A stretch of 64,000 nt of DNA from the NCBI RefSeq assembly GCF_003918875.1, contig NW_025765714.1, positions 1,426,001 through 1,490,000 on the forward strand, read 5' to 3'. The notes beneath the pieces were generated by a model. It saw only the letters and a program-made list of their open reading frames with translations. It did not search any database and was not told the origin of the DNA. This document shows positions 14,922-30,000 of this stretch, one piece after another. The stretch is from Haliotis rubra. Taxonomy: Eukaryota. The position numbers and the translations under genes were made by a program. Numbering within the stretch: position 1 is the first letter of the stretch; the number at the start of each line of letters is the position of its first letter.

Positions 14922-17872
14922 TTCACCACTCATCACCCAGTGAAGTGGGCCTTACTGCAGACCCAAGCGGTGATGTAGTATCTCTGTCTCAATCACACCT
15001 GGCTACACAACACAATGTTGTCCTCACATTTTATGAGGCACGTTAATGGAATTCTTCTCCAGTTTAGAAAATGGCCAAATGTCTTCTGTTACCAGATTAA
15101 TTCATCTGGGGGTAGATTTGGACATTGAAGTTAATGTAGGTGAATACCTGATGACATGGAGAGCTTAGTTGGTGTTACGCCCCCGCGTATGTAGACGTCT
15201 ATTGTCAATGATTCAAGGGAGGATCGTAAGTTGTCTCTGCTCACAGCTGTGATTGGCTGCTGTGTGCTGAGGGAAGGATAGAGGATAATAAGAATAATCA
15301 GTGTATCAACACATCCAGGGAGTGAGGCTAAAGGGATGTCAGGGATGCAGGCGGCAACGTATAAAGTAGATGGAAAGAAGGAGGAAATATAGAAGTGTTT
15401 AGATTTGGAAACATATTTTCCTGTTTCCTATCTTGCAATCAACTATGTGATTTTGCTTGTGATGGTGGAATATTGGAAGCAGGCATCTACAAATCTTGAG
15501 TTTATTTGAAAACAGTCAGGGATTGTGACGGTCAGACAAATTCAGTGGAAAAATTGAAATGATAGTGTGGGAACTATACATTCAACATGCCTCAGTAAGA
15601 CAACTTTAGATCCCTTTAATCCTTGGCCAACATTATTTCTACATGCTTGACTGATATTTAAGTGAAGAAGGTGCCGGTGATTGGGCCAAACTTATGTGGA
15701 ATTTGGAAGAGTTAATCAAAGTTGTGTTTAGCTGCACAGTGTGGTAGAGGCACAGTTAACCAGCTGTAGTGAGCCTTGTTGCAGAGGTGTTTGTGATGCA
15801 GACCCACTGAGGGAGAAATGCTTCTGTGAGAAAGGATTACCATACTTCAAGCCCAGTCCCTGTCCTCGTCAAGACACATGCACAGCATATGCCCTGGCCA
15901 AATCTCACAAACCAAGTCCTGTGAAGCAGAAGATTACACTTCCCCAACTTGCTATCTGCTCACTGTTAGAGACTGGGATACGTGCTACAGGAATGTTTCA
16001 CAAACAAATCTCAACAATAACATCTCCAAACAAGCAAAGGATCTTGTTGCTATACATTTCAGTCAAATGTTTTTGAGGTCTGCATGATTTTTATGGAGGA
16101 TCGATGATCATGAGTATGCTAAGGGTCACGTAAGGGGCTGGCTAAACCTTATGTTTTCTTTTAACTTTATCAGCAATCAGAATACAAGTTCTAATGTTCT
16201 TTACCCGTGTACTATTCTTTTGCTCCGATGAACTTTTTTTACTACCTTGAATTGTTGGACTAGGCCAGTCGGACCTGAGTAGTATTTTTACAGTGGCGTG
16301 AACTACTCACCTCAGTCTGAGCCAGCCATGTGCAGCAGTCCTGCTCTCATACTTACACGAAGCCCACGCTGACATGGGGAAAACTCCAGTAATGATCATC
16401 TACTTGTATATACAGTGATCACTGGCCATGCAGGCTGTGTCCTGGAACTCGCCAACAGCCAAAGCCAGTAAATTCCAAGACCAAATATAACTTGTGAGTG
16501 ATATATTCATTGGCTCTGGATTGCTGGAATCTAGTACCTGCTACTGACATCCAGTTTGTTTTACTGTGCTTCCACAGGACTTCACTCACACCGTGTGCTG
16601 ATTTATAGTTGCTCTGCTAATTATCATAATGGAATATCCTTTCCTATAAAGGGGTTTCAGTATAAACCTATCTGCCCCCAGAAGAAGATCACCAGGACAA
16701 TACAATATGTGTTGAGTTTAGAACATACATACACACATGGGATTTGCCACCCAGCCCTGTGTGTCAGTGTTGTGCAGGCGTCAGCCCAAGCAGGACCCTG
16801 GCAAGGTTCTTTCAGTTGAATCATACCTGAGATAAGATTTCATTATACTACATTGATTCAATACAAGACAGCTTACAACAACAACAGTTTCCTCCTGCAG
16901 CGGGGACGATACTTAGGTTTCATGGAACTTGTGTGAGAACAATCTGACTATTGTTTCTACTGGTGAAGTACACTACCCTGCCTGTCCTCCCACCAGCAGG
17001 TCACAGGCCAAACATTTGCGGACCCTTAATTAAGGAGATCAGTTATCAGACTTTCCAGACTTCAGTGTTATCCCCTGTCATACCTGGCATAGTGAACTTT
17101 GGTGAGGTTGCAGACTTGCTCCATGTTTCAGCCTGTCAGTGCCAGACAAGTCGGTAAATAGGTTCCAACTACAGACTATCCCCATCAGCCAGGAGGATCA
17201 GTTTGTCAGGGATCATTCCATCCCTCACAGGATATCTTATCTCTTTGACATTTTGTCCCAATTCTATTTAGCACAAATCTGTGAGATCTGTGAGACAAAG
17301 CTCCCCATTCATCGATCCCCTGAGGGGGAGAGAGGTAAATCTATGTATAAGTTATTGTGGGACACGACTTGACTAGAGCCAGGCTTGTGTTCTACCCTAT
17401 GGCTATGCTGTTAACAAGGTATTGGTCGTGTGCGGCAGTATTGCCCCAGGATACTTGCATCTTCTATGGTTTGTGAGCAGTCCCCCTGATTGTTACCGTG
17501 GTGGAGTAGTCCTTATTACCCTCTTCAGTTGGATCACCCATGGCCCATGTGGGTGTGGGCTTGGTGCAGGCAGGTAGCCTGGCTGGACTGTCTCACATAG
17601 TCCACTACAAACACATGTGTGCCTCACTGTGATACAGACTGTAGAGGAGGACATGGTGGGATACAGTCAACGCTGCTCTCCATATTCACTGTTTGTATGG
17701 TAAATGAAACAGATTGTGTTTTACAGAGAATGAATCTTATTCAGGAAATCAAACTTTCAATACCTCATGGATATAACTGTGTTACTTTCCTTGTAAATCA
17801 CAAGCTAAGTTTTGGTTGATTTGCACACATTAGACAAATGATGAGAAGAATGAAGTTGATATCTCCCTATAT

Positions 17873-18086
17873 ATGGTGGTAATGGACTTGGGACAAATGT
17901 CTAATGTGATGGCGTGGAAAGTAAAGCGAGGAGATTACCTGGAGTTGGAGAACTGCACCGATAGTTCAGATGAGGATCATAATATTCATGACGCTGGCCT
18001 GAGAAGGGATCGTAAGAAACTACTCATGCGACTCAGTCATCTACAGGCGACTGATCGTAACTCTCTTTGCTGGGATGAGTTTTTCG
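17873..18086 (+). CDS. Candidate first coding exon of the RhoGEF (MVVMDLGQ...LCWDEFFG)
   Basis: ATG-initiated, protein-like 214-nt stretch ending TTC G|gtaggc (phase 1), matching the phase-1 acceptor at 27342 (G+GA = Gly). No homology evidence. Confidence 0.5.
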
Positions 18087-21000
18087 GTAGGCTTTTTCTA
18101 TTTCCTCTTTTTTTTCATACACAAGGTGTTTTGTGTAGTGGACAATTATTATACATTGTAGTTGTAACATGTATTCTGTAGTTACTAACCAAACCAAATG
18201 CTAACTAAGGAGACGGTTAATGAAGTGTTGCCCAATACCACTGATGAGGTACACAGTGTACTGGATGTCAGCAGTGGCAGTACTCACTGTACAGTCCTAC
18301 CTGTCTGTATATGCTGTTGTTTCACACCTAGAGGGTGTACGCTGGATTCAGGACATCATGCTGATGACACAAGCACTCTCCATGACCAGGTTTCATTCAC
18401 ATACCAGTTTTAAACTTGCAAAACCAGGCGTAGTGTTCTAAGTTATTATGTTGATTACGTTTTCAAATGTAGTGAGAGTTAAATCCACAAGAATCCACAG
18501 TGCCACAAGGATTCTGCCTCAGATAGCAGGGGATTTTTGTTGATTCTTTGTAACATTTTAAGTAAATGTATCATGGTTTTCCTATGCTAGTTATTCCTTT
18601 GACACTGAAGGAGGTAGTGATTATTAAGCTGCTTGTTATACAGGAGATTACAGCTCTCCATCAATCCCAAACTGCACCTGCATTGCCAACACCACTTATG
18701 TGTCACTCAAGGCTTACATAGGCATCGTATTGTCGCAGAAATGTAGTAGGGTCAAACACTGACTCAGTTGACTGAACAATCTTTGAGGAACATGTGCTCT
18801 TTTGTTGGGGTTTAATGCAGTGAAGTTTTTTTTTCAAACACCCTTGGTAATTGTAAAGCTTGTAATAGATTCCATGTTTTTGTTCTTGTTGATTTCACGT
18901 TTAAAAGTTTGTTTATCTTGGTTGGCTGTCATTTACAGTGTGATTGTATCATGTGCTGTGTATTCATTGTGAACTAGACAAGCTATCAGCCTGTATGAAT
19001 ACAGAGCATTTGTGTGGAAGCAGATGAATATAGGACCTGCACACTTAATCATTAGAATTAATACAAGAAACATCACAGCCTTGTCTGTCTTACAGATCCC
19101 TCAACTATTTTACCTTTGGACCAGCAATTTCTTAATGCAAAACAGACTCCAAATGAAGCAATTCTAAATTTTCCGCAGAGTTCACGATCTGAATCCTTTA
19201 TCACAAAAGGGCATCTTTTCAACTTCTGTGGTGGTATTGGTTTCTGTCAAATTATATACATTATATTAAGTATTAGTCTAATTACAGTCAAAATGTTACA
19301 TTTGATTTCCCTTCTCAACATGTCCGATACATGCCAATGTAGACTAAGAAGTAGGCTAAGCTTCAGTGACTGCAGTTAAGTTTTATTATTTAAAAATATA
19401 TATCTATATAATTATAAAATATTATAAAAATTGGGGCCTGGAATGATGCTTAATTTCTGCTTAGAGCTGGGGAAGACTAGACTTGCCAAATCATTCTAGA
19501 CTGTTATGTTTAAGAAGACAGACTCGGCTAGATGGTATTACATATGGGAAGCTGTGCTTGCTAGATGGCAGATCATAAGATCTTGAACTTAAGGACAAAC
19601 AATACATGCTTTATAATGTGTGGAATGCAGTGGGGTCAAACTGATAGTTGGCATTGTGTAATTAGGATGTATTTCATAAACATTTGGGTTGCTTTGAATT
19701 AATAACCAGCCAAGATATGATTAAGCTTCTTTCCCCCCGATGATAACCCTATTTGAGAACGGGTACAGGGACTATAGGCCACAGTACAAATGAAGGAATT
19801 CGACTTCCAGTTACTCAACACTGATCACGTGCAAGATAAACAAATTCCATAATGTTGTTCACAAGCTGGTGTTATTCCAGTGTAAAATTCTGTTGTGTAC
19901 AGTCAAGGCTAGTTGTGGCTTCTACCAGCATCCAGCTGCACACAGTCAAGGCCAGTTGTGGCTTCTACCGGCATCTAGCTGTATACAGTCAAGGCTAGTT
20001 GTGGCATCTACCGGCATCTAGCTGTATACAGTCAAGGCCAGTTGTGGCTTCTACCGGCATCTAGCTGTATACAGTCAAGGCCAGTTGTGGCTTCTACCGG
20101 CATCCTACTATACAGTCAAGGCTAGTTGTGGCTTCTACCAGCATCCAGCTGCACACAGTCAAGGCCAGTTGTGGCATCTACCGGCATCTAGCTGTATACA
20201 GTCAAGGCCAGTGGTGGCATCTACCGGCATCTAGCTGTATACAGTCAAGGCCAGTGGTGGCATCTACCGGCATCTAGCTGTGTACAGTCAAGGCTAGTTG
20301 TGGCTTCTACCAGCATCCAGCTGTATACAGTCAAGGCTAGTTGTGGCATCTACCGGCATCTAGCTGTATACAGTCAAGGCCAGTGGTGGCATCTACCGGC
20401 ATCTAGCTGTATACAGTCAGGGCCAGTTGTGGCATCTACCGGCATCCTACTATACAGTCAAGGCCAGTGGTGGCATCTACCGGCATCTAGCTGTATACAG
20501 TCAAGGCGATTGGTGGCATCTACCGGCATCCAGCTGTATACAGTCAAGGCCAGTGGTGGCATCTACCGGCATCCAGCTGTATACAGGCAGGGCCAGTGGT
20601 GGCATCCTACTATACAGTCAAGGCCAGTTAAGCACCAACTGGCATCCAGCTGGATACAGTCAAGGCCAGTGGTGGCATCTACCGGCTTCTAGCTGTATAC
20701 AGGCAGGGCCAGTGGTGGCATCTACCGGCATCCAGCTGTATACAGTCAAGGCCAGTGGTGGCATCTACCGGCATCCAGCTGTATACAGGCAGGGCCAGTG
20801 GTGGCATCTACCGGCATCCAGCTGTATACAGTCAAGGCCATTTAAGCACCTACTGGCATCCAGCTGCATACAGTCAAGGCCAGTGGTGGCATCTACCGGC
20901 ATCCAGCTGTATACAGTCAAGGCCATTTAAGCACCTACTGGCATCCAGCTGCATACAGTCAAGGCCAGTGGTGGCATCTACCGGCATCCAGCTGTATACA

Positions 21001-24000
21001 GCCAGGGCCAGTGGTGGCATCCACTGGCATCCTACTATCCAGTCAAGGCCAGTTAAGTACCTACTGCATCCACTGGCCAGTGGTTAATCCTGTTTATGGA
21101 AATGCCATTTAGTGGTACCACAATTCAAAACCCAGATTAGTTAATGTGCCCAGGAATGTGTGCTGCTTCAAAGACTTAATGAATGTGGTGATCAGGCATG
21201 GTGACTTTGTTGATTGTGTTTCTTTGTATTCCAACATGGATCATTGCTCACAATATTGGTCACTGGATTGTCTGGTCCAGATTCAGTCATGTATTTTGCC
21301 ATATAGCTGGAATATATAGCTGAAGCATATGTTTTAAGTTGAAGATGCAATCATGGCTATATCAACATGATCACAGTTTCAGTTAGACTCTGTAGCCTCT
21401 TTGACCTTTCTGCCAACAGGTTACATGTGATGTACCATATTAGGCACCACCCAGATGGGCTGTGTCTTACTGTGCCACAGGCCATGGACACCTTGTTTCA
21501 ACTCTGACATTTACAGTGTTTCCCTACTATTTGACACAAGAGACTGAATTTCCTCTGTGTTGAACAATCAGATTGCATGATATCATTTGGCCGCATGTGC
21601 TGCATCCATTTACATTCGTGTATAGAGGTTAATGTGTGCAGATTTCTTCATTTATTACATATTTTCTTAAAAACTCAATGAAGGCTTTAATGTTCTGACA
21701 TCTTGTTGATGTCACATTTGCATGCATTTTGCTTACAAGCTGCTAACAAATATATGGAGCATAGATCACTTGTCTTATGTACACCTCCCATTCCATACAT
21801 TCCAGTACATATCAGAGTAATCAGTCACACTTAGAACTAGTTGACGAGTGTCAGAATTCATCATAGTTTTGTATTTAACTGTAGGATTCTTTGCATTTAG
21901 GACGTTTAGGAGTTATTATTCAGCATCTATGGCTACACTATTCAGCATCTATAGCTACACTATTCAGCATCTATAGCTACACTATTCAGCATCTATAGCT
22001 ACAACAAAGACAAAATAGTTTACATTGATGTAATTATTTTATTTGCCCCACAATCTTTGATGGATTGCAAAAAAAGTTTAAAAGCATGTAACAAAACAGT
22101 AGAAAGCAGTAGAAATTGTAAAAGCAATAATACATATTACATTCAAACTACTTACATCCTGTACTTTAAACAGTATGAGTATTTATTTCTTGACAGAAGG
22201 ATACTGAAAACAAGCATCTTTATAGCAAATATCTTTTCAAAATGTTGCACTAGAGAAAGTATTTTTTGTCTGACAAACCTGATTTGTTGACAAAACTAGA
22301 AAAATTTTGTCTGACAAACCTGATTTGTTCACAAAACTAGAAAATTTAAACTGTGTGTCCTAATGAGATCCTTTAGGCAGGATTCTGTTCGTGGACGAGG
22401 TCCCTGTGGACTCCTGTCTGCAGGTGCCAGCAAGCAAGTAGAATAATGCTTTGTTTCTCTAAATATTTAGTTTGAGAGAAACAAAGAACTTCATTTAAAT
22501 TGAATGTGTGTGATGTGGTTCTTGCACATGACACTGCTTCTAGAGAGAGTATGTTATGCCTGTCACTGTACCAGTGGGTTATGAGATCTTTTGTTTCAGG
22601 AGAACATTAACTGTCATTTCTGTTCATTAGTATCCATACAAACTGTGTTTGTTTGGGTGTTTTATTGGGTGTAACAAATGTTCATTATCATATTTCCTGT
22701 CATATTTCAGGCAGCTAGATTTGCCCTTGCCTCTGAACATAACCCGATCAACAAGCTAATGAAATCTGAGTTATTTTAAAAATAGTCCACGTTATTACCC
22801 CTATTTTTCAATTTGATTCACTCCCAAGTTGGAATGTGGATGCCCTTTCCTTGCCTGCAACTCTATGACATATCCATGATGATGCAAGTGCTAACTGACT
22901 GGGACTCACGATGCAGCAATATGAATCATGCAGACATAGACAGGCCATGCTGCAACAACACACAGCCTCTCCCAGGTCATGCTGCAACAACACACAGCCT
23001 CTCCCAGGTCATGCTGCAACAACACACAGACTCTCCCAGGTCATGCTGCAACAACACACATACCCTCCCAGATCATGCTGCAACAACACACAGACTCTCC
23101 CAGGTCATGCTGCAACAACACACATACCCTCCCAGATCATGCTGCAACAACACACAGACTCTCCCAGGTCATGCTGCAACAACACACAGACTCTCCCAGG
23201 TCATGCTGCAACAACACACAGACTCTCCCAGGTCATGCTGCAACAACACACAGACCCTCCCAGGTCATGCTGCAACAACACACAGACTCTCCCAGGCCAT
23301 GCTGCAACAACACACAGACTCTCCCAGGTCATGCTGCAACAACACACAGACTCTCCCAGGTCATGCTGCAACAACACACAGACTCTCCCAGGTCATGCTG
23401 CAACAACACACAGACCCTCCCAGATCATGCTGCAACAACACAGACACACAGACTCCTCCCAGGTCATGCTGCAACAACAACAACACACAGACTCTCCCAG
23501 GTCATGCTGCAACAACACACAGACTCTCCCAGATCATGCTGCAACAACACACAGACTCTCCCAGGTCATGCTGCAACAACACACAGACTCTCCCAGGCCA
23601 CCCTCCCAGGTCAAGCTGCAACAACACACAGACTCTCCCACATGCTGCAACAACCCAGACTCTCCCAGGCCATGCTGCAACACACAGACTCTCCCACATG
23701 CTGCAACACACACACAGACTCTCCCAGGTCATGCTGCAACAACACACAGACTCTGCAACAACACACAGACTCTCCCAGGCCATGCTGCACTCTCCCAGGT
23801 CATGCTGCAACAACACACAGACTCTCCCAGGCCATGCTGCAACAACACACAGACTCTCCCAGGCCATGCTGCAACAACACACAGACTCTCCCAGGTCATG
23901 CTGCAACAACACACAGACTCTCCCAGGCCATGCTGCAACAACACATAGACTCTCCCAGGCCATGCTGCAACAACACATAGACCCTCCCGGGCCATGCTGC

Positions 24001-27000
24001 AACAACACACTCTCCCAGGTCAGACAGACCTCCCCATGCTGGCCATGCTGCAACAACACATAGACCCTCCCGGGCCATGCTGCAACAACACATAGACCCT
24101 CCCGGGCCATGCTGCAACAACACATAGACCCTCCCGGGCCATGCTGCAACAACACATAGACCCTCCCGGGCCATGCTGCAACAACACATAGACCCTCCCG
24201 GGCCATGCTGCAACAACACACAGACTCTCCCAGGCCATGCTGCTTGCCATGGATGGATGTTTTAATGCTATTAGTACATCAGCATACAATCTCGTCTGGC
24301 TGCTGTGGGTGTTAAGTCACATCCTTTGCTCACTTTTTAGTCATGGAGTCCTGATCTTTTGAATTTGACTGATGTTTCCATTCAAAGAAATTATTTGATG
24401 TTTCCATCCAAAGAAATTATTTGAGGTATCGGTAGTAAAAGAGCTTTAAAATATATTCCAAGCCTAACATAAAAATGTATAAATATTGGTTCAGTGTAGT
24501 GAGTGGCTCTTATTGAAGAAGATCATATCTATAGTATCAACTGTTTGGCTTCAAGGCAGTGATCTCGATCATTAGTGATATATGAACCCCATGGCCGTGT
24601 ATACAGTACATATATGTGTCTGATGGCTAGGGAGATTGAGCCAATGTTACCGTAGACTGAACATGATATCCAGACATTCCTCAACCTGCCATCTGGCCGT
24701 ACAACAAAAACCATTCAGTAATACTGCCTGACACACATCCCCATACATACTGCATGAATCAGATGTGGGGAGCACTGACAGATGGAGTAGGCTGCGTCTG
24801 GCATCCCACATACCAGCCTCTAGGAGGGAGAAACATACAGTCTATTGTCTTTACATACACCTTTGGAAACGACAATAGAGATTAAGGCTGATGGTTGATG
24901 AAGAAATGCAGCTCTTGTTGTTACAGATATTAACTATTATATTAAATGTACAGTTTATGATAACGTGTACTCTACCCGTTAAAATCATGCCCACTGCAAT
25001 ATTGTTTATCTTTGGCTATATCTGCACATGTAGTTGTCATGAAAATGGTTGGGGGTAGGTGGTGAGTGTGATGGAAACTGGCCAGTGGTCAGATGTACCT
25101 GGGAAGTGTTAAGGGCCTTCTATCAGTGTGTGGGACATTCATCACCATGACTACAAGGTTTGGTTATCTGGGTAATGTTCTCTGTGTGTGCCGCACCTCT
25201 GCCGACATGGGTGGGGGCCATACTGCCAGCTTTCCAGGGATGGTCTGATACTCATGTCACGCAGCCCCAGAGGTGACAATTACTTTGCTGACCTTCAGTT
25301 TGTTAAGATACATGAACTCTGACCTTTGCACATATGTGTTATTTCCCTCTGATGACCTGTATTCAGGGCCCCAGTGCTGTGATGACCTTCAAGGTCAGGG
25401 TGAGATAAAAAATGAAAAAAGCACATACTCAGTCTCAGCTTAACTCACACATGATTGCTGCAGTTTTATCAACATAATGAAAACAATTTTCTCATACGAT
25501 GCTAAGACATAATGAAACATCAAAATATGAGTAAGAACTCACCTGATGTTAATTTTAACAAGAAAAATGAAATAAAATTAATGTTAAGATCTTTTTTGTG
25601 TATGGTTAGAATTAAAGTAAAACAAAAGGTACTATCAGGTAGAAGTTTGAAATGATCAGGGATTCATTACTTTTGCATTATGTAAAGTAGAATCCTCCAT
25701 GGAGGACATTAGACAAGCTGATTTATGGGGGAAACAGCTTCATGCCCTGTACACCTTCATGGAGGGATGGTGTGATAAGAGTAGAGTCTCTCATGGTGGC
25801 AAGTATTTTTCAATACTGATGTTGCTATGACCTCCTGACATGATAAGTGTTGTTGTCTGATACAGAGACGGGAAGGATAGGATACAGTTTCAGGGAATCA
25901 TGATTTGCCTCATTACATTATAAATCTTACACCCGCTTCCTTCTCTTCTGCACGTTTACATGGAACACCATTGTACCAAGTTCAATGTTGCCTGACCAGA
26001 ATGTGGCTTCTGCATGTATACATGGAACCCCATTGTACCAAGTTCAATGTTGCCTGACCAGAATGTGGCTTCTGCGTGTATACATGGAACCCCATTGTAC
26101 CAAGTTCAATGTTGCCTGACCAGAATGTGGCTTCTGCTACACCTTATGTGGATTAAACATACAACTGAATATAATTCATTGATGTAAGAACACACCTAAA
26201 ACTAAAAGATAAAATGATAGTCCTAAGATACAGATTTAGTGGTCATGACATAGTGTTGATAGTTACTGGATGGGTGACACCACTGAAAACTGACTGAACA
26301 GTATATAGTTATCTGGTTTTATAATACATAAGTAAAGTGTGTGTATCTACTATCAACATTTGAACATGACACACTACTACCGTTGCACCCATATGCCTGG
26401 ACATGAAGCCTTCTGATACCTATGTTCGTTCAGGAGGCAACAGGTCAGTGCCCCACCGCTGTAGAGACCAAGTCCCAACAACAGGCCAAATACCGTCAAG
26501 GTTGTTTAGGGGCACAAATCTCTCTGAAGTTGTAGATCTCTGACTAATGAGAATAAAATATTTCAGTTCTCATTTGCATACTTAGATGGTTTACATGAAA
26601 GAATGTCCTGAGTACGTGAGTATGTAAGTAAAGGACATTCATCGCTCAGTGTATGTTAGTTGAAGTATCCGAAGGTGTGTACTGAAACAAGACAGGTGAG
26701 GATTACTACATGAGATGCATTATGTATACAGACATTTGTACTGACACAGGATAGTGTTGAGGGATTAGTTACCAGTCAGGGAATGTATCAGTGTTGCGGT
26801 CTCCACTGCCTCTATCCTAGTGCACTGGCAGTTATAAATACCCTGCTTGGTAAAAAAGTATCTTCATTAAGTCATATCAAAGTTCAGCGGTATGATGTGT
26901 ACTTGACTTTCATGTATGTTACTATGGATCCCATAACTCATCTAAGTCAATTTGCTGGCTTGTTTTTAGAACAAAGTTAAGGCTTCAGACAGGATTGGCT

Positions 27001-30000
27001 TTTCATCTTGGGGTTACTTTTCATCAAGGCATCTGAGCAGCACAGATATCTCAATTATGTCTTTCATCACAGTTGGGTGTTCTTGGTGTCACTTCGTGTT
27101 GATGTTCAGTACACAGGTCAGACTCAAATACAAGAGTGTAGAGGTGTCTCTGAATGTTGCAAATAATTATTTATGGAATAAGAGAAAAACATTTGGTGAA
27201 AAATTAATTGATATTTATCATGTAACAAGTTTCTTGTTATTGAATATATTTTTACCAAAAAAGCACCCTATGTAGCTAAATTCATTACTCAAACCTGTGT
27301 TTTATGCATTTTTCTAATAAAGAGTTCTTGTTACCTTGCAGGATCATCTTTGGATTTGGCACCAACACTTCTGAATATCTATGACACCAAAGCAGCTGCC
27401 AATGGAGGCACAGACCAGATTCCTGTGGACCATCCAGATGTCAAGTCCAAGTCCAAGTCTCTGCCTGCCTCTGCTACAGTGAGGTACAGCAGAGGGGCTG
27501 TGGTTAGAACAGATAGTGACCCTAAAATCACTGACTCAGGATCCAAAATGACTGACATTAAAGTCAGGAAAGAGGATGTGCTTGATGGGGATACTGGGAA
27601 GAAAAGGCCACTAAGTATAAGCTCTTCTTCTTCTGCTTCCTCTTCCTCACTGTCACGTCCTCAACACAAACGACCAAACCTTGCAGAATATGAACATTTA
27701 CTTTCATCAAGTAATGTGGATAATTCCAAAAATGAAGATATAAATGGAAATTGCCAAGATTCCAGGATGGATTATAATACATCCAGTGTACAAAATGTTG
27801 AAAAGATGGATGGCATTGATGAGACTCCATCTCCAGACGCCGTCAACAGGTGTGGTGCCAGTGGTACCAACTACAGCATCAAGACGGCAGTGGTGGACAA
27901 ACTGGAACTGAGCCGCTGTACTTCCCCTGTGACAGGCCCCCTTTCCCCTTCTGTGTCAGCCCCTCTACCATCCATGAGTCCTGATTCTTCACCAGAGAAA
28001 CTCACCTTGTCAGCTACCAGCAGTAGTCCATCTGAAAGTCCAGTCAGGTCAGACTCTGGTGATAGGAAGGTGCCCAGTTCTATGTCTGAGAATTGTGCTG
28101 GAAATTACTCAAGACAAACTCGGACCAAATCCCCACCTTCTACTTTAGGGGCCCAGTTGAGCAGCTCCACTTCAGGCAGATCCAGGTCATCTCCAGCCTC
28201 ACCCAAGTCCCCTAGTGGAGCCAAGGATACTGGTTCACCTGATAGCAACAAGGGATCTCTGTACGTAACCTATGTCCAGAGGGTTGTGGCCGAGATTGTG
28301 GACACTGAGAGGACCTATGTAAAGAGTCTGGAGGACATCATCCAGGTGAGTCAACGCATGTCATGGACTTTGATTTACTAAGCATGTATTACTACATAAT
28401 GCGGTCAGATTGACTCATTATTGCTTTGTCATGACCTACTTTACTACATTCTGGAAATGACATGTAAAAAGAAGCAATATTCTGTACCACAATGCTTCTT
28501 GACATCTGGTGTTCACACCTATGGAGTGTAAACACTGATGACAGATGCTTCAGGAGATGTTTTTCTGTGACTTCACCCATGGAAAGGATGTTGCCCTAAT
28601 CTCAGCACATTGGCAGATGAGGTTAATTTGTTTCTAGTGGTTTACATCATACTCATGAGGCTGTAATTAACCTAGTTGGATGCAGATGTGTACAGGTGCA
28701 GCTGTGAACGCGGCAGTGGCAGAGGAGAGAAGTAGGTGCAGTGAACCACGCTTCCGCCAATAAACCGCAGGCAATATATGTCAGTGCTGATGCTCAAGTA
28801 ATTCATGTATACAGAAGCAAATTTGAAGCTCTGAAATCTAACATTCAACAATTTTATCCAGGCTAGTTAAACAGACTTGTCACAGTGGATTACAAGGTCA
28901 GGGCCACCATTATCATGTCAGCAACTGACCAGGTATCTAAATCTAGGCTGTTTTCTAATTCAAATAGACCATTAAATTCTCAATAAACAGACAGACATTC
29001 TGCTTTAGAAGGCACATGCTGTTAATTGAAAACTTTACTGAGGCCTCCAATGATGTAACCCCCATCAGACAGCTTTCTAGTAAGAGTCATAGGGTCTTCC
29101 TGTCTACAGTGTATGTAAGTGTGATGACCATTTGTTGGTGATATGACAAGGTTGAATAACAGCAAGTGTTGTCATGGGACTTTTTGTGGGCTGGTTCTTG
29201 TCTAAGATAACAGTAAACAGGTTTGCTATTTACATAAGTGTCTGACTGTGTGTAGAGAGTTAAATGATAGTCCATGTGACCCTACATAGATATGAGAGAA
29301 GAATGTCATCACTGTAGACAATTCATGTTCTGGACATAGCCATCTGGTGGAAGCCCTTATGTTGGGCACCTTTATGTATGACAGTGTAGTGTTTTCATAT
29401 TAGATCACTTGTAGAAGGCATTGACATTTTTTTGTAACTAGCCATTGTGAATAGCATATCCCAACATAGCCAAATTGAGGTACCTCCAAGGGTAAGCACA
29501 CATTATAGCAGTAACAGTTACCAACAAGCTGATCATATGTACTGCATCAACTCTGAGGGTGTACAAATTATTATGGGCTTGGAATTAGCACGGCTCCCAT
29601 TGTACAGATCAGTCACCTCAGCAGGAAGCCCTGTACACATAACAACAACTAGAACCACTGTATGGAAGGATGTGAATATACCCACCCTCACTTCTGATGT
29701 ACATAGAGTTTTGATTGGTCAGCTGATGGGTGATATGATCACTTAAGTGTATGATTGGATAAACAGTGCTTCCTGTCAGTGGGTGGTCATGGAGAAACAG
29801 TTGTTTATATGTACCTGTAAACACTGCCACTCTCATTACTGGCCTGGAGAGAGAGAGCCTTCCAGACCCAAGCTGACCAGTGACTGATGTGTTTGGAAAG
29901 CACTTTCTGATCAGGTGTACAACTCAAACAGTGTGTAGACAAGATAAAGGGCCCTGTTAAAATGTATTGAAATATTTGAGTCCACTTAGGTATATTATAA

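Noticed and set aside
15587-15600. Possible first exon ending ATGCCTCA|gtaaga (also ATG...|gtaagt near 26625)
   Set aside because: Phase 2 ends are incompatible with the phase-1 acceptor at 27342; no further support.
20300-21087. Overlapping ORFs in the 43-bp array
   Set aside because: Repeat-derived, open in multiple frames.
22813-24289. Long ORFs (416, 345, 333, 239 aa) in several frames
   Set aside because: They come from a stop-free 32-bp repeat (not a multiple of 3); the same peptides cycle through all frames, and the region is intronic or upstream of the RhoGEF.
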